This document shows positions 17,258 through 26,127 of a stretch of DNA of 64,000 nucleotides, piece after piece. Source of the stretch: an uncultured bacterium. Its GTDB lineage: Bacteria; Actinomycetota; Thermoleophilia; Solirubrobacterales; 70-9. The number at the start of each line of letters is the position of its first letter. Positions within the stretch are counted from its first letter, which is position 1. Made by a program: the position numbers and the translations under genes. The notes under the pieces were generated by a model, which made no database searches, had not been told where the DNA came from, and worked only from the letters and a program-made list of their open reading frames with translations. The DNA is taken from NCBI GenBank assembly GCA_963734015.1, contig CAVTFG010000011.1, positions 17,842 to 81,841 of the forward strand. The letters are read 5' to 3'.

Positions 17258-18100
17258 TCAGGCGGCCTGCTCGGCCTCGCGGCGCTTGCGCCAGTAGCGG
17301 TCGAGCCCCAGCCAGAGCTGATCCGGCGGCATCGCCTGTCGCAGGCGCTCCGCGATCTCACCGCCCTCGGCGTCGAAGCGGCCCGCGAGCCAGGCGGCGA
17401 ACCGCGCCCGATCCCCGGGCTCGCTCTCCGCGGTGGCCTCCGCCAGCCAGGACTCGAGCCGGCCGAGCTGGCCCGCGACATCCGCGCTCGCCCCGAAATG
17501 AGTGATGCAGAGCCGCGCGGGATCGAGCGAGCGCAGCATCGCCAGCGACTCGCGCCAGGCCTCGACCTCGATCTCGGGCGGCGGCGTCGGCGCGGCGACG
17601 AGCTCGGAGGGCGGCACCCGGACCCCGGCGACGTCGCCGCAGTAGGCGTCGCGCGACGCGGGGTCGAAGTAGACGACGTGGTGGCGCGCGTGGCCCGGTG
17701 CGTAGTGCACCTCGAGGCCCTCGACCTCCTCCCCGCCCTCGAGGACGGTCACCCGCTCGGCCGGCACGGGTGCGACCTCGCCCCACAGCGTCTCCATCTG
17801 GTCGCCGTAGAGGCGGCCGGCGCTCGCGACCAGGCGCGACGGGTCGATCACGTGCGGGGCGCCGACCTCGTGGACGTAGACCCGGAGGTCCGGGAAACGC
17901 CGCGCGAGGACGCCCGACGCCCCGGCGTGGTCGAGGTGGATGTGGCTGAGGAGCAGCGCGCGGGGCTCGGCCTCGACCCCGGCCAGGAGCGTGTGCGAGC
18001 AGGACGCCGGGCCCGGGTCGACGATCACGCCGGGCTGGACCTCCCAGGCGCCGATCACCCGGTCGCGGCCCATGTGCATGCAGTCGATGACGTTCGCCAT
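17258..18100 (-). CDS. MBL-fold metallo-hydrolase
   Basis: HxHxDH motif (LLLSHIHLDHAGASG) plus downstream His/Asp ligands. Confidence 0.85.
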   Translation of the reverse strand: MANVIDCMHMGRDRVIGAWEVQPGVIVDPGPASCSHTLLAGVEAEPRALLLSHIHLDHAGASGVLARRFPDLRVYVHEVGAPHVIDPSRLVASAGRLYGDQMETLWGEVAPVPAERVTVLEGGEEVEGLEVHYAPGHARHHVVYFDPASRDAYCGDVAGVRVPPSELVAAPTPPPEIEVEAWRESLAMLRSLDPARLCITHFGASADVAGQLGRLESWLAEATAESEPGDRARFAAWLAGRFDAEGGEIAERLRQAMPPDQLWLGLDRYWRKRREAEQAA

Positions 18101-18125
18101 CGCAAGAGAAACCTAGAATGTCGGT

Positions 18126-20127
18126 ATGGCCGAGCACCGCCTGCCCGACCCGGACCGCCCCTGGGTCATGCGCACGTACGCGGGCCATTCGGACGCCCGC
18201 CGGTCGAACGAGCTCTACCGCCGCAACCTCGCGAAGGGCCAGACGGGCCTGTCCGTCGCCTTCGACCTGCCCACCCAGACCGGGTACGACCCCGACGCCG
18301 TGCTGGCGCGTGGCGAGGTCGGCAAGGTCGGCGTCTCGATCGCGCACAAGGGCGACATGCACGCCCTGTTCGACGGCATCCCGCTGGGCGAGATGAACAC
18401 GTCGATGACGATCAACGCAACCGCGGCCTGGCTGCTGGGCCTCTACTGCGCGGTCGCCGAGGAGAACGGAGTCGAGCTGTCGGCGCTCAAGGGGACCACC
18501 CAGAACGACATCATCAAGGAGTACCTCTCGCGCGGCACCTACGCCTTCCCGCCCGGCCCGTCGATGCGCCTGATCGCGGACACCGTCGCGTTCTCCGTCA
18601 ACGAGATCCCGAGCTGGAACCCGACCAACGTCTGCAGCTACCACCTCCAGGAGGCCGGGGCCACGCCCGTCCAGGAGATCGCGTACGCGCTCTCGACCGC
18701 GATCGCAGTGCTCGACGAGGTGCGCTCGCGCGGCCAGGTGGCCGAGGAGGACTTCCCGAAGGTCTTCGGCCGGATCTCGTTCTTCGTCAACGCCGGTGTC
18801 CGGTTCATCGAGGAGCACGCGAAGCTGCGCGCGATGTCCGAGCTCTGGGAGGAGATCGGGCGCGACCGCTACGGCGTCACGGACGAGAAGTACCTGCGGC
18901 TGCGCTACGGCGTGCAGGTCAACTCGCTCGGCCTGACCGAGTCGCAGCCGGAGAACAACGTCCCGCGGATCGTGCTCGAGGCCCTTGCGGTGACGCTCGG
19001 CCGCGACGCCCGCGCCCGGGCGATCCAGCTGCCCGCCTGGAACGAGGCCCTCGGCCTGCCCCGGCCGTGGGACCAGCAGTGGAGCCTCCGCATCCAGCAG
19101 ATCCTCGCCTTCGAGACCGACCTCCTGGAGTACCCGGACATCTTCGAGGGCTCGAAGGTCATGGACGGGCTCGTCGCCGAGCTGGTGGACGGCGCCCGGG
19201 CCGAAATGGCGGTGGTCGAGGAGCAGGGTGGCGCGGTCGAGGCGGTGCCCTACATGAAGGCCCGCCTGGTCGAGTCGCACCGCGAGCGGATCGCCCGGAT
19301 CGAGCGGGGCGAGATCAAGGTGATCGGCCAGAACTCGTTCACGGAGTCCGAGGACTCGCCGCTCACCGCGGACGCGGACGGCGGCATCCTCACGCCCGAT
19401 CCGGAGGTCGAGCGCGAGTGCCGCGACGCCCTCGAGAAACTGGCGCGCGGAGCGGGATTCGGACGCCGTCGAGAAGGCGCTCGCCGACCTGCGCGAGGCC
19501 GCCGCCGACGAGCAGCGGAACATCATGCCCGCCACGATCGCGGCGGCCAAGGCGGGCGTGACGACCGGCGAGTGGGCGCAGGCCCTGCGCGATGCGTTCG
19601 GCGACTACCGCGGGCCGACCGGAGTCGGCGCGTCGTCGTCCGGAGCGTCCGAGGAGCTGCTCGCCGGAATTCGCGCGCGGGTGGACGAGGTCTCCGACGC
19701 GCTCGGGCACCGGATCCGCATCCTGGTCGGCAAGCCCGGCCTCGACGGGCACTCCAACGGCGCCGAGCAGATCGCGGTGCGTGCGCGAGACGTGGGCATG
19801 GAGGTGATCTACCAGGGGATCCGCCTCACGCCCGAGCAGATCGCGGCGTCGGCGGCCGACGAGGACGTGGACGTCGTCGGGCTCTCGATCCTGTCCGGCT
19901 CACACCTGGAGCTGATCCCGGACACGGTCCGGATGCTGCGCGAGCGCGACGTCGACGCGCCGGTCGTGATCGGCGGCATCATCCCCGCCGGCCACGAGCA
20001 GAAACTGCTCGACGCCGGCGTGGCCCGCGTCTACACGCCGAAGGACTTCGAGATCAACCGGATCATGGGCGAGATCGTGGAGCTGATCGCCCAGCGGGCC
20101 GGCGCCGAGGCGAAGGCTCCCGCCTGA
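18126..20127 (+). pseudogene. ecm: Ethylmalonyl-CoA mutase (MeaA/Ecm-type fused B12 mutase) interrupted by a +1 frameshift near 19440
   Basis: N-terminus RPWVMRTYAGHS...GQTGLSVAFDLPTQTGYD...NTSMTINATA...VCSYHLQEAGATPVQE. After ...RDALEK (19437-19439) homology continues one base downstream as WRAERDSDAVEKALADLREAAADEQRNIMPATIAAAKAGVTTGEW, followed by the B12-binding domain (GKPGLDGHSNG). The frame-0 continuation is Arg-rich nonsense. Confidence 0.85.
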
Positions 20128-20140
20128 CCGGCGTGTACCG

Positions 20141-20737
20141 GTGAGCCCCCGGCCGATCGAGTTTCCAGTCGAGGGCTTGACGGACGGCGTCATCCGCGTC
20201 CGCCTGCCGGCCGATGCCGACGCGCCGCGGATCGTCGAGGCGTGCCGTGATCCCGACGTGGGGCGCTACACGACGGTCCCCACCCCCTACCAGCCCTCGC
20301 ACACCGTGGAGTGGATGCACCGCGGCCTCGCCGGACTGGCCGCGGGGACCGACGTGCAGACCGTGATCGCCGAGGCCGACGGCTCCGACGTGCTGGGGAC
20401 GATGAGCCTCCACGAGATCAACCGGCCGGCGAGCCGCTGCGTCGCGGGTTACCTGGTCGGCCCCTGGGCCCGCGGACGCGGGGTTGCGGGGCGGGCGCTT
20501 CATCTGCTGTGCGGCTTCGCGTTCGACGAGCTGCGACTCGCGCGGGTCGAGGTGACGATCGAGCCGGGCAATACCCCGTCGCGCGCGACGGCCGAATCGG
20601 TGGGCTTTCGCGAGGAAGGGCTGCTGCGGTCCTACATGGCGATCGCCGGGGCCCGCAGGGACATGCTGATGTACTCGCTGCTCCCCGGTGATCTGCGCCG
20701 TGCACCCGGGACCGAGGACGCTACGCTCGGAGGGTGA
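20141..20737 (+). CDS. GNAT-family N-acetyltransferase (RimJ/RimL-like)
   Basis: Acetyl-CoA-binding block GRGVAGRAL and a 198-aa GNAT layout. Confidence 0.8.
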   Translation: MSPRPIEFPVEGLTDGVIRVRLPADADAPRIVEACRDPDVGRYTTVPTPYQPSHTVEWMHRGLAGLAAGTDVQTVIAEADGSDVLGTMSLHEINRPASRCVAGYLVGPWARGRGVAGRALHLLCGFAFDELRLARVEVTIEPGNTPSRATAESVGFREEGLLRSYMAIAGARRDMLMYSLLPGDLRRAPGTEDATLGG

Positions 20738-21312
20738 ACGAGGAGCAGGAGCACCTCGATGCCGACCGTGGTGCCTGGCTTCGCTGCTACCGCTGCTGGT
20801 CGCAGCGCCTCGAGGCCCAGGTCCACTACGACGCGATCCTTCGCGTCGACCCGGAAACCGGCGAGGCCGCCGAGCGCGTCGAGGAGGTCCAGGAGGCCGT
20901 CGTTCAGTGCCTCGACTGCATGCACGACCAGCCGCACCTGACGGTCGAGGAGGGCCGCGTCGTGGCGGTCGGCGACCGCTGGGAGCGGATGGTGGCGGGC
21001 AAGCCGTTCGTGGCCTCGTGCACGGTGACCGTCGACCAGGACATGGTCGAGTCGTGCTCCGGCCCGGAGGCCGCCGACAGCCTCACCTACGCCTCGTTCG
21101 GCGACGCCGGAACCCGCGAGTTCTTCACCCACGTGCGCTTCCACAAGCACGACGAGGAGCGCATCATCTCCCACCTCCTGGTCGAGCTCTACGCCCGCAC
21201 CGAGGAGGAGGCCATCGAGGTCCTCGAGGGCGCGGCACGCGGCGCGCTCGAGGTCACCTCACTCGCCGAGGAGTCGCGGCCGCCCGCGCACTCCCACGGC
21301 GAGGCGCACTGA
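20734..21312 (+). CDS. Hypothetical acidic protein with CxxC...CxxC pair, translationally coupled to the GNAT gene (GTGA)
   Basis: 192-aa ORF with CYRC at residues ~18-21 and CLDC ~40 residues later. No family recognised. Confidence 0.5.
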   Translation: MNEEQEHLDADRGAWLRCYRCWSQRLEAQVHYDAILRVDPETGEAAERVEEVQEAVVQCLDCMHDQPHLTVEEGRVVAVGDRWERMVAGKPFVASCTVTVDQDMVESCSGPEAADSLTYASFGDAGTREFFTHVRFHKHDEERIISHLLVELYARTEEEAIEVLEGAARGALEVTSLAEESRPPAHSHGEAH

Positions 21313-21327
21313 GCCCAGGTCGAACCG

Positions 21328-21675
21328 ATGGCCGCCCGACGCATCATGCCCTACCACGAGTCGCCGGACTTCGAGGCCACGCGCAGCTTCTACACGCGGG
21401 TGCTCGGGCTCGAGGAGGGGAACTTCGGCGGCGGTTACATCGGCTTCGGATCCGGCCAGGCGCAGGTCGTCTTCGCCCCGCCAGGCGTGGAGCCCGTGCT
21501 GCCCGACATGGGCGTGGACGTCGGTTCGCGGGGAGCCGTCGATGCGGCGCATGCTGAGGCGGTCCAAGCCGGGCACGAGGTCATCTACGGTCCGGTTGAC
21601 GAGCCGTGGGGTGTCCGCCGCTTCTTCGTTCGCGATCCGCACGGTGTCGTGATCAGCGTGCTGGCCCACGAATAG
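21328..21675 (+). CDS. VOC-family (glyoxalase/bleomycin-resistance fold) protein
   Basis: 115 aa with FYTRVLGL...EPWGVRRFFVRDPHGVVISV, typical of a single VOC domain. Confidence 0.8.
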   Translation: MAARRIMPYHESPDFEATRSFYTRVLGLEEGNFGGGYIGFGSGQAQVVFAPPGVEPVLPDMGVDVGSRGAVDAAHAEAVQAGHEVIYGPVDEPWGVRRFFVRDPHGVVISVLAHE

Positions 21676-21783
21676 TCGAAGCTCGGCGTGATCAGCCGTG
21701 CGAGTCCGCAGCCGCGAGGCTCGGCAGGTCGACCACGAGCCGCGACAGCCGCTCGCCCCTCAGGTCGACGGCCTCGCGGATGC

Positions 21784-22167
21784 TTCTTCGCCACCTTCCC
21801 GCAGCTCGAGGGGATCCGCTTCAGCCACCGGTGGGGCGGCGCGATCGACACCTGCAGCCGGTTCTTCGCGTTCACCGGAACCTCGCACGGCGGGCGGGTC
21901 GCATACACGGTCGGCCATACCGGCCTGGGCGTCTGCGCGAGCCGGTTCGGCGCCGGCCTGGCCCTCGACGTCCTCCACGGAACGGCGAGCGAGGCCGCCG
22001 GACTGCACAGCATGAGAAGCAGGCCCATGCCCTTCCCGCCCGAGCCGCTTCGCTGGGCGGCGATCCAGCTGACCCGTAGCCGCCTCGCCGCAGCCGACCG
22101 CAAGCGGGGCGAGCGCGGTTGGTGGTTGCGCGCGCTCGACCGGGCCGGGCTGGGCTTCAACAGCTGA
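21784..22167 (+). pseudogene. C-terminal remnant (~125 aa) of an FAD-dependent oxidoreductase (DAO/PuuB-like)
   Basis: FPQLEGIRFSHRWGGAIDTCSRFFAFTGTSHGGRVAYTVGHTGLGV...PFPPEPLRWAAIQLT...LDRAGLGFNS matches the C-terminal third of ~460-aa enzymes. The FAD-binding N-terminus is absent, and upstream in-frame sequence is Arg-rich junk. Confidence 0.7.
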
Positions 22168-22225
22168 GAAACACTGCCTTACCGGGCGGGCGAACATGCT
22201 TTCGCGACTTGCGTCGCTCACTTGA
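22157..22225 (-). repeat. Third, inverted and start-less copy of the conserved small-ORF element (..SSERRKSRKHVRPPGKAVFLSC*)
   Basis: About 85% nucleotide identity to copy B over ~48 nt (GTGAGCGACGCAAG.CGCGA.AGCATGTT.GCCC.CC.GG.AAG). The ATG GGT is replaced by TCA AGT. Confidence 0.6.
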
Positions 22226-22237
22226 TCTAATGTCGGC

Positions 22238-23233
22238 ATGGCGATCGGGGCGTTCATCGGCACCGGGCGCAACCTCGAGCGCGCGCTCGACCGGGTCCGG
22301 CGCGCGGAGGAGCTGGGCTACGAATCGGCCTACGTCACGCACATCGCCGCGCGCGACTCGCTCACGGTCCTCACCCGCTACGCGTCCGTTACCGAGCGCA
22401 TCCGGCTCGGCACGGGCGTCCTCCCCATCTTTTCGCGCACGCCCGCGTCGGCGGCTCAGACCGCCGCCACCATCGACGAGATCTCGAACGGGCGGATGGT
22501 TCTGGGGATCGGCGTGTCGCACCGGGTCACGGTCGAGCATTGGTTCGACGCCGAGATCACGAAGCCGGTCACTCAGATGCGCGAATACGCCGGGATCGTC
22601 CGGGCGATCCTGAACGGCGAGGAACCCCCTGCCGGAGAGTTCTTCAACTCCAGGTTCGCGTTCATGGGCTATCCGCCCCGTCCGGAGCTGCCGATCTATA
22701 TCGCCGCCCTGTCCCCGAACATGCTGCGCCTGGCCGGCGAGATCGCGGACGGCGTGATGCTCTGGCTCTGCAACCCCCAGTACATCCGCGAGACGGTGAT
22801 CCCCGAGGTCAGGAGCGGCCGTGAGCGGGCCGGCAAGACGCTCGAGGGGTTCGACGTCGTCGCCGCGGTCCCGGTCGGCGTCACGGACGACCCCGACGCA
22901 GCACGCGCCGCGTTCCGCGAGGACCTGATCCCGTACGCGTCGCTGCCGTTCTATCGCGCGATGCTCGAGCGCTCCGGCTTTGGCGCCGACCTCGCGGCTT
23001 TCGACGAGGGGATGGCCGGGGGAGACCCCGACCAGGCGATGGCGGGCCTCTCCGACGAGCTGCTCGCCTCGCTCGCGGGGCTCGGCGACGGCGACGCCGC
23101 CCGCGCCAAGGTCGTCGAGTACCAGGAGGCGGGCACGACCTCGCCCTGCATCGGCGGCATCCCGAGCGCCGGCTTCGATGCGGCGCTCGAGGCTGTGGCC
23201 GAGATCACAGAAGGATCTCCGGCACAGGCGTAG
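22238..23233 (+). CDS. LLM-class (luciferase-like) flavin/F420-dependent oxidoreductase
   Basis: TIM-barrel LLM pattern (ELGYESAYVTH..., GRMVLGIGVSH, PIYIAALSPNMLRLAGEIADG). Confidence 0.85.
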   Translation: MAIGAFIGTGRNLERALDRVRRAEELGYESAYVTHIAARDSLTVLTRYASVTERIRLGTGVLPIFSRTPASAAQTAATIDEISNGRMVLGIGVSHRVTVEHWFDAEITKPVTQMREYAGIVRAILNGEEPPAGEFFNSRFAFMGYPPRPELPIYIAALSPNMLRLAGEIADGVMLWLCNPQYIRETVIPEVRSGRERAGKTLEGFDVVAAVPVGVTDDPDAARAAFREDLIPYASLPFYRAMLERSGFGADLAAFDEGMAGGDPDQAMAGLSDELLASLAGLGDGDAARAKVVEYQEAGTTSPCIGGIPSAGFDAALEAVAEITEGSPAQA

Positions 23234-23272
23234 GTTGATCCCAGGCAGAGTCAGCGCTCGGAGGGAAACGAA

Positions 23273-24418
23273 ATGAGCGAACGCCAGATCGTCGTGGTCG
23301 GCGCCGGGCAATCGGGGTTGTCCGCCGCCCTCAGCCTGAAGGACATGGGTCTCGACCCGTTGGTGCTCGAGCGGACCGACGCCGTCGCCTCGGCGTGGCG
23401 CGGTCGCTACGACCGCCTCAAGCTGAACACGTGGCGCGCTCACTCGCACCTCCCCGACAGGCCGTTTCCGAAAGGGACTCCCACGTTCCCTTCCCGCGAT
23501 CAGGTCGTCCAGCACCTCGAACGGCACGCCGCCGAGGAGGGCCTCGAGTTCCGGTTCGGCACCGAGGTCGAGCGGATCGACCGGGACGGGGGGCGGTGGC
23601 ACGTGACCACGCGGGAGGGCGACGTCCGTAGCCCCCAGGTCGTCGTCGCGACCGGTTACGAGAACGATCCCTTCATCCCCGATTGGCCCGGCCGCGATCG
23701 GTTCGATGGCGAGTTGCTCCACGCGCGCGACTACAAGCGGCCCGCGCCCTACGCGGGCAAGCGCGTGCTCGTGGTCGGCCCCGGGTGCACCGGCATGGAA
23801 ATCGCGTTCGACCTCGCCGAGGGCGGCGCCGGCAAGGTTTGGCTCGCCGCGCGCACACCGCCGAACATCCTGCTGCGGGAGGGTCCGGCCGGCGTGCCGG
23901 GAGACGTGATCGGCAGCGTCCTGTTGCATACGCCGGTTCGGTTCGCCGACTGGTTCGCCAACTTCGGCCGACGCATGGACGTCGGCGACCTGACCGAGCA
24001 CGGTCTGCCGGTGCCGGAGGAGGGCGTGTTCTCCCGCATGTACCGACTGGGTGTGGCGCCCGCGATCATTGACAAGGAGATCCTCGGGGCGATCAAGTCG
24101 GGCGCGATCGAAATCGTGCGTGGCGTGGAGTCACTGGATCCGCGCGGCGTCGCTCTTGCGGACGGCGCCACCGTGGAGCCCGACGCGATCATCTGTGCGA
24201 CCGGCTATCGCCGCGGGCTGGAGCCGCTGGTCGGCCATCTCGACGTGCTCGGCGAGCGCGGGGTGCCGCGGGCGCTCGGCCCGAAGCCGGCCGCCCCAGG
24301 ACTCCGCTTCATCGGGTACGTCCCGCGTCCCGGCGGTCTCGGCTACATGGCCAAGGAGGCCAAGCGCGCCGCCAAGGCGATCAAGGGTGAGCTCGCGTCC
24401 GCGCCCGTGGCCGCTTGA
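23273..24418 (+). CDS. Flavin-containing monooxygenase / NAD(P)-FAD-dependent oxidoreductase
   Basis: Two dinucleotide-binding motifs: VVVGAGQSGLSAA and VLVVGPGCTGMEIA. Confidence 0.85.
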   Translation: MSERQIVVVGAGQSGLSAALSLKDMGLDPLVLERTDAVASAWRGRYDRLKLNTWRAHSHLPDRPFPKGTPTFPSRDQVVQHLERHAAEEGLEFRFGTEVERIDRDGGRWHVTTREGDVRSPQVVVATGYENDPFIPDWPGRDRFDGELLHARDYKRPAPYAGKRVLVVGPGCTGMEIAFDLAEGGAGKVWLAARTPPNILLREGPAGVPGDVIGSVLLHTPVRFADWFANFGRRMDVGDLTEHGLPVPEEGVFSRMYRLGVAPAIIDKEILGAIKSGAIEIVRGVESLDPRGVALADGATVEPDAIICATGYRRGLEPLVGHLDVLGERGVPRALGPKPAAPGLRFIGYVPRPGGLGYMAKEAKRAAKAIKGELASAPVAA

Positions 24419-24421
24419 GCG

Positions 24422-24967
24422 CTACTCGACCGGGCCCTCGGCGTGGTCGGCCTCACCGGGGTCGCGCTTCGGGATCAGGACCGCGCGCTTGAACTCGGCG
24501 ACCAGGTCGCCGGTCTGCTTGTAGACGCGGGTGTGGACCTTGACCACGCCGCGGTCGGGCTTCGACTTCGAGGGGCGCACCTCGAGGACCTCGGACTCGC
24601 AGTAGAGCGTGTCTCCGTGGAAGACGGGGTTCGGGTGGCTCAGCTCCTCGGTCGCCAGGTTGGCGATCGCCTTGCCGGAGACGTCGGAGACCGACATGCC
24701 GAGAGCAAGCGAGTAGACGAGCGGTCCCACGACGACGTTCTGGCCCTGCTGCGATTCGGACGCGTAGACGTCGTTCAGGTGGAGCGGGTGGTGGTTCATC
24801 GTGATCAGGCAGAACAGATGGTCGTCCGACTCGGTCACCGTCTTGGCGGGCCAATGCTTGTAGATGGCGCCGACCTCGAACTCCTCCAGGTACCGGCCGT
24901 ACGCGTGGGCGCCGGACGCCTCGCGCGCGGCCTGGTCGGTGGTCAGCTGGTGGGTCTCGTCGCTCAT
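24422..24967 (-). CDS. MaoC-family (R)-specific enoyl-CoA hydratase (single hot-dog; candidate mesaconyl-/itaconyl-CoA hydratase)
   Basis: Hot-dog hydratase motif region LFCLITMNHHPLHLN, 181 aa. Its ATG overlaps the amidase stop (ATGA). Confidence 0.8.
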   Translation of the reverse strand: MSDETHQLTTDQAAREASGAHAYGRYLEEFEVGAIYKHWPAKTVTESDDHLFCLITMNHHPLHLNDVYASESQQGQNVVVGPLVYSLALGMSVSDVSGKAIANLATEELSHPNPVFHGDTLYCESEVLEVRPSKSKPDRGVVKVHTRVYKQTGDLVAEFKRAVLIPKRDPGEADHAEGPVE

Positions 24968-26127
24968 ACTCCTCTTTCCAGAGTCTCCTCGGGGGACGGG
25001 GCAGTATGGCGAAGCGCCGACTCCAGCAGCGCACCCACCGCGAGCACGAGGTCGTCGTCTCCGGGCCGGGCGAAGATCTGCGCCGAGGCGGGCAGGCCAT
25101 CCGGCGTGCGCCCGCACGGAAGCGCCAACGACGGCGCTCCGACCGCGTTCAGGGGGAAGGTCAGCTGCGTCATCCGCTCCCGGACGTCGAGCTCGTCCAC
25201 GTCGGCCGTCGGCGGCACGATCGGCAGCGTGGGCGCGATCACGACGTCCACGGCCTCGAGCGTCTGCATGAACCGCTCGCGGTAGCGCACACGGGCGGCC
25301 TTCGCGACGGCTGCCTGGTCGTCGGAGACGCCAATCGCGCGGCCGATCTTGAACTGCGCGTTCGGCCCGTAGGCCTCCCGGTGCGTCGCGTACAGATCGC
25401 GGTGGACCTCGGCGATCTCGCGCTGGAACGCCGGATGAAGGCCCTCCGGAAGCCTCAGGTCGACCGCGACCAGGTTCGGGAACAGGTCGGCCGCGAGCGC
25501 CACCTGCTCGCGCACGTCCGGCTCCGCGTGCTCCAGCCAGGCAACGCCCACGGCGACTTCGCCGAGGTCGCCGAGCGCGCGCGGCTCGACCCCGGCGAGC
25601 TGCTCCATCGCCTCGGCGCAGCCCGCCACGTCCGGGGCGAGCGGCCCGGCGTGGTCGAAGGTCGGGGCGAGCGCGAAGCAGCCGCTCATCGGCACCAGGC
25701 CGAAGCTCGGCTTGTAGCCGACGACCTCGCAGCAGGCCGCGGGAATCCGGATCGACCCGCCGGTGTCGGTTCCGAGCCCGAGGTCGGCCTCGCCCGTGAC
25801 CAGCGACGCGGCGGAGCCGCCGCTCGAACCACCGGCGACCCGGCCGGGGAAACGCGGGTTCGGGACATCGCCGAAATGAGGGTTCTGCGAAGTGATGCCG
25901 TACGCGAACTCCTGCAGGTTGGACTTGCCCTCAACCGCCCAGCCGTGATGCTGCAGCAGCCTGACCGCTGCGGCGGTGCGGCCGGGCACATGGTCCGCGA
26001 ATACGGCCGAGCCGTACGTCGTGCGGATCCCCGCGGTGTCGAACAGGTCCTTGACCGCAAGGCGACGGCCCTCGGGGCCGTCGCCGAGCTTCGTGATCCA
26101 GATCGCCGGAGGCAGATCCGCCGTCAC
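24964..26127 (-). CDS. Amidase-signature family amidase (short N-terminus)
   Basis: GGSSGGSAA and GTDTGGSIRIPA signature. GTG start at 26127 overlaps the upstream stop (GTGA). Confidence 0.85.
   Translation of the reverse strand: MTADLPPAIWITKLGDGPEGRRLAVKDLFDTAGIRTTYGSAVFADHVPGRTAAAVRLLQHHGWAVEGKSNLQEFAYGITSQNPHFGDVPNPRFPGRVAGGSSGGSAASLVTGEADLGLGTDTGGSIRIPAACCEVVGYKPSFGLVPMSGCFALAPTFDHAGPLAPDVAGCAEAMEQLAGVEPRALGDLGEVAVGVAWLEHAEPDVREQVALAADLFPNLVAVDLRLPEGLHPAFQREIAEVHRDLYATHREAYGPNAQFKIGRAIGVSDDQAAVAKAARVRYRERFMQTLEAVDVVIAPTLPIVPPTADVDELDVRERMTQLTFPLNAVGAPSLALPCGRTPDGLPASAQIFARPGDDDLVLAVGALLESALRHTAPSPEETLERGV

Noticed and set aside
19430-19445. Programmed +1 ribosomal frameshift in ecm
   Set aside because: The site GAG AAA C TGG lacks a slippery or hungry-codon/stop context, an upstream SD-like stimulator, or a downstream structure as in prfB-type sites. 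Two other genes show similar single-base disruptions, so mutation or assembly error is more parsimonious.
17358-19550. 730-aa minus-strand ORF (and the 775-aa plus-strand ORF 17234-19561) covering the MBL hydrolase and ecm genes
   Set aside because: Arg/Pro/Gly/Ala-rich low-complexity translations with no motifs. They are stop-free alternative or antisense frames, as expected in very GC-rich DNA. The homologous frames (MBL hydrolase, Ecm) explain the region.
22157-24001. 614-aa minus-strand ORF antisense to the LLM and FMO genes
   Set aside because: No recognisable domains and a composition typical of antisense frames. The plus-strand genes have clear family signatures. Only its last ~22 codons (the repeat element) are of interest.
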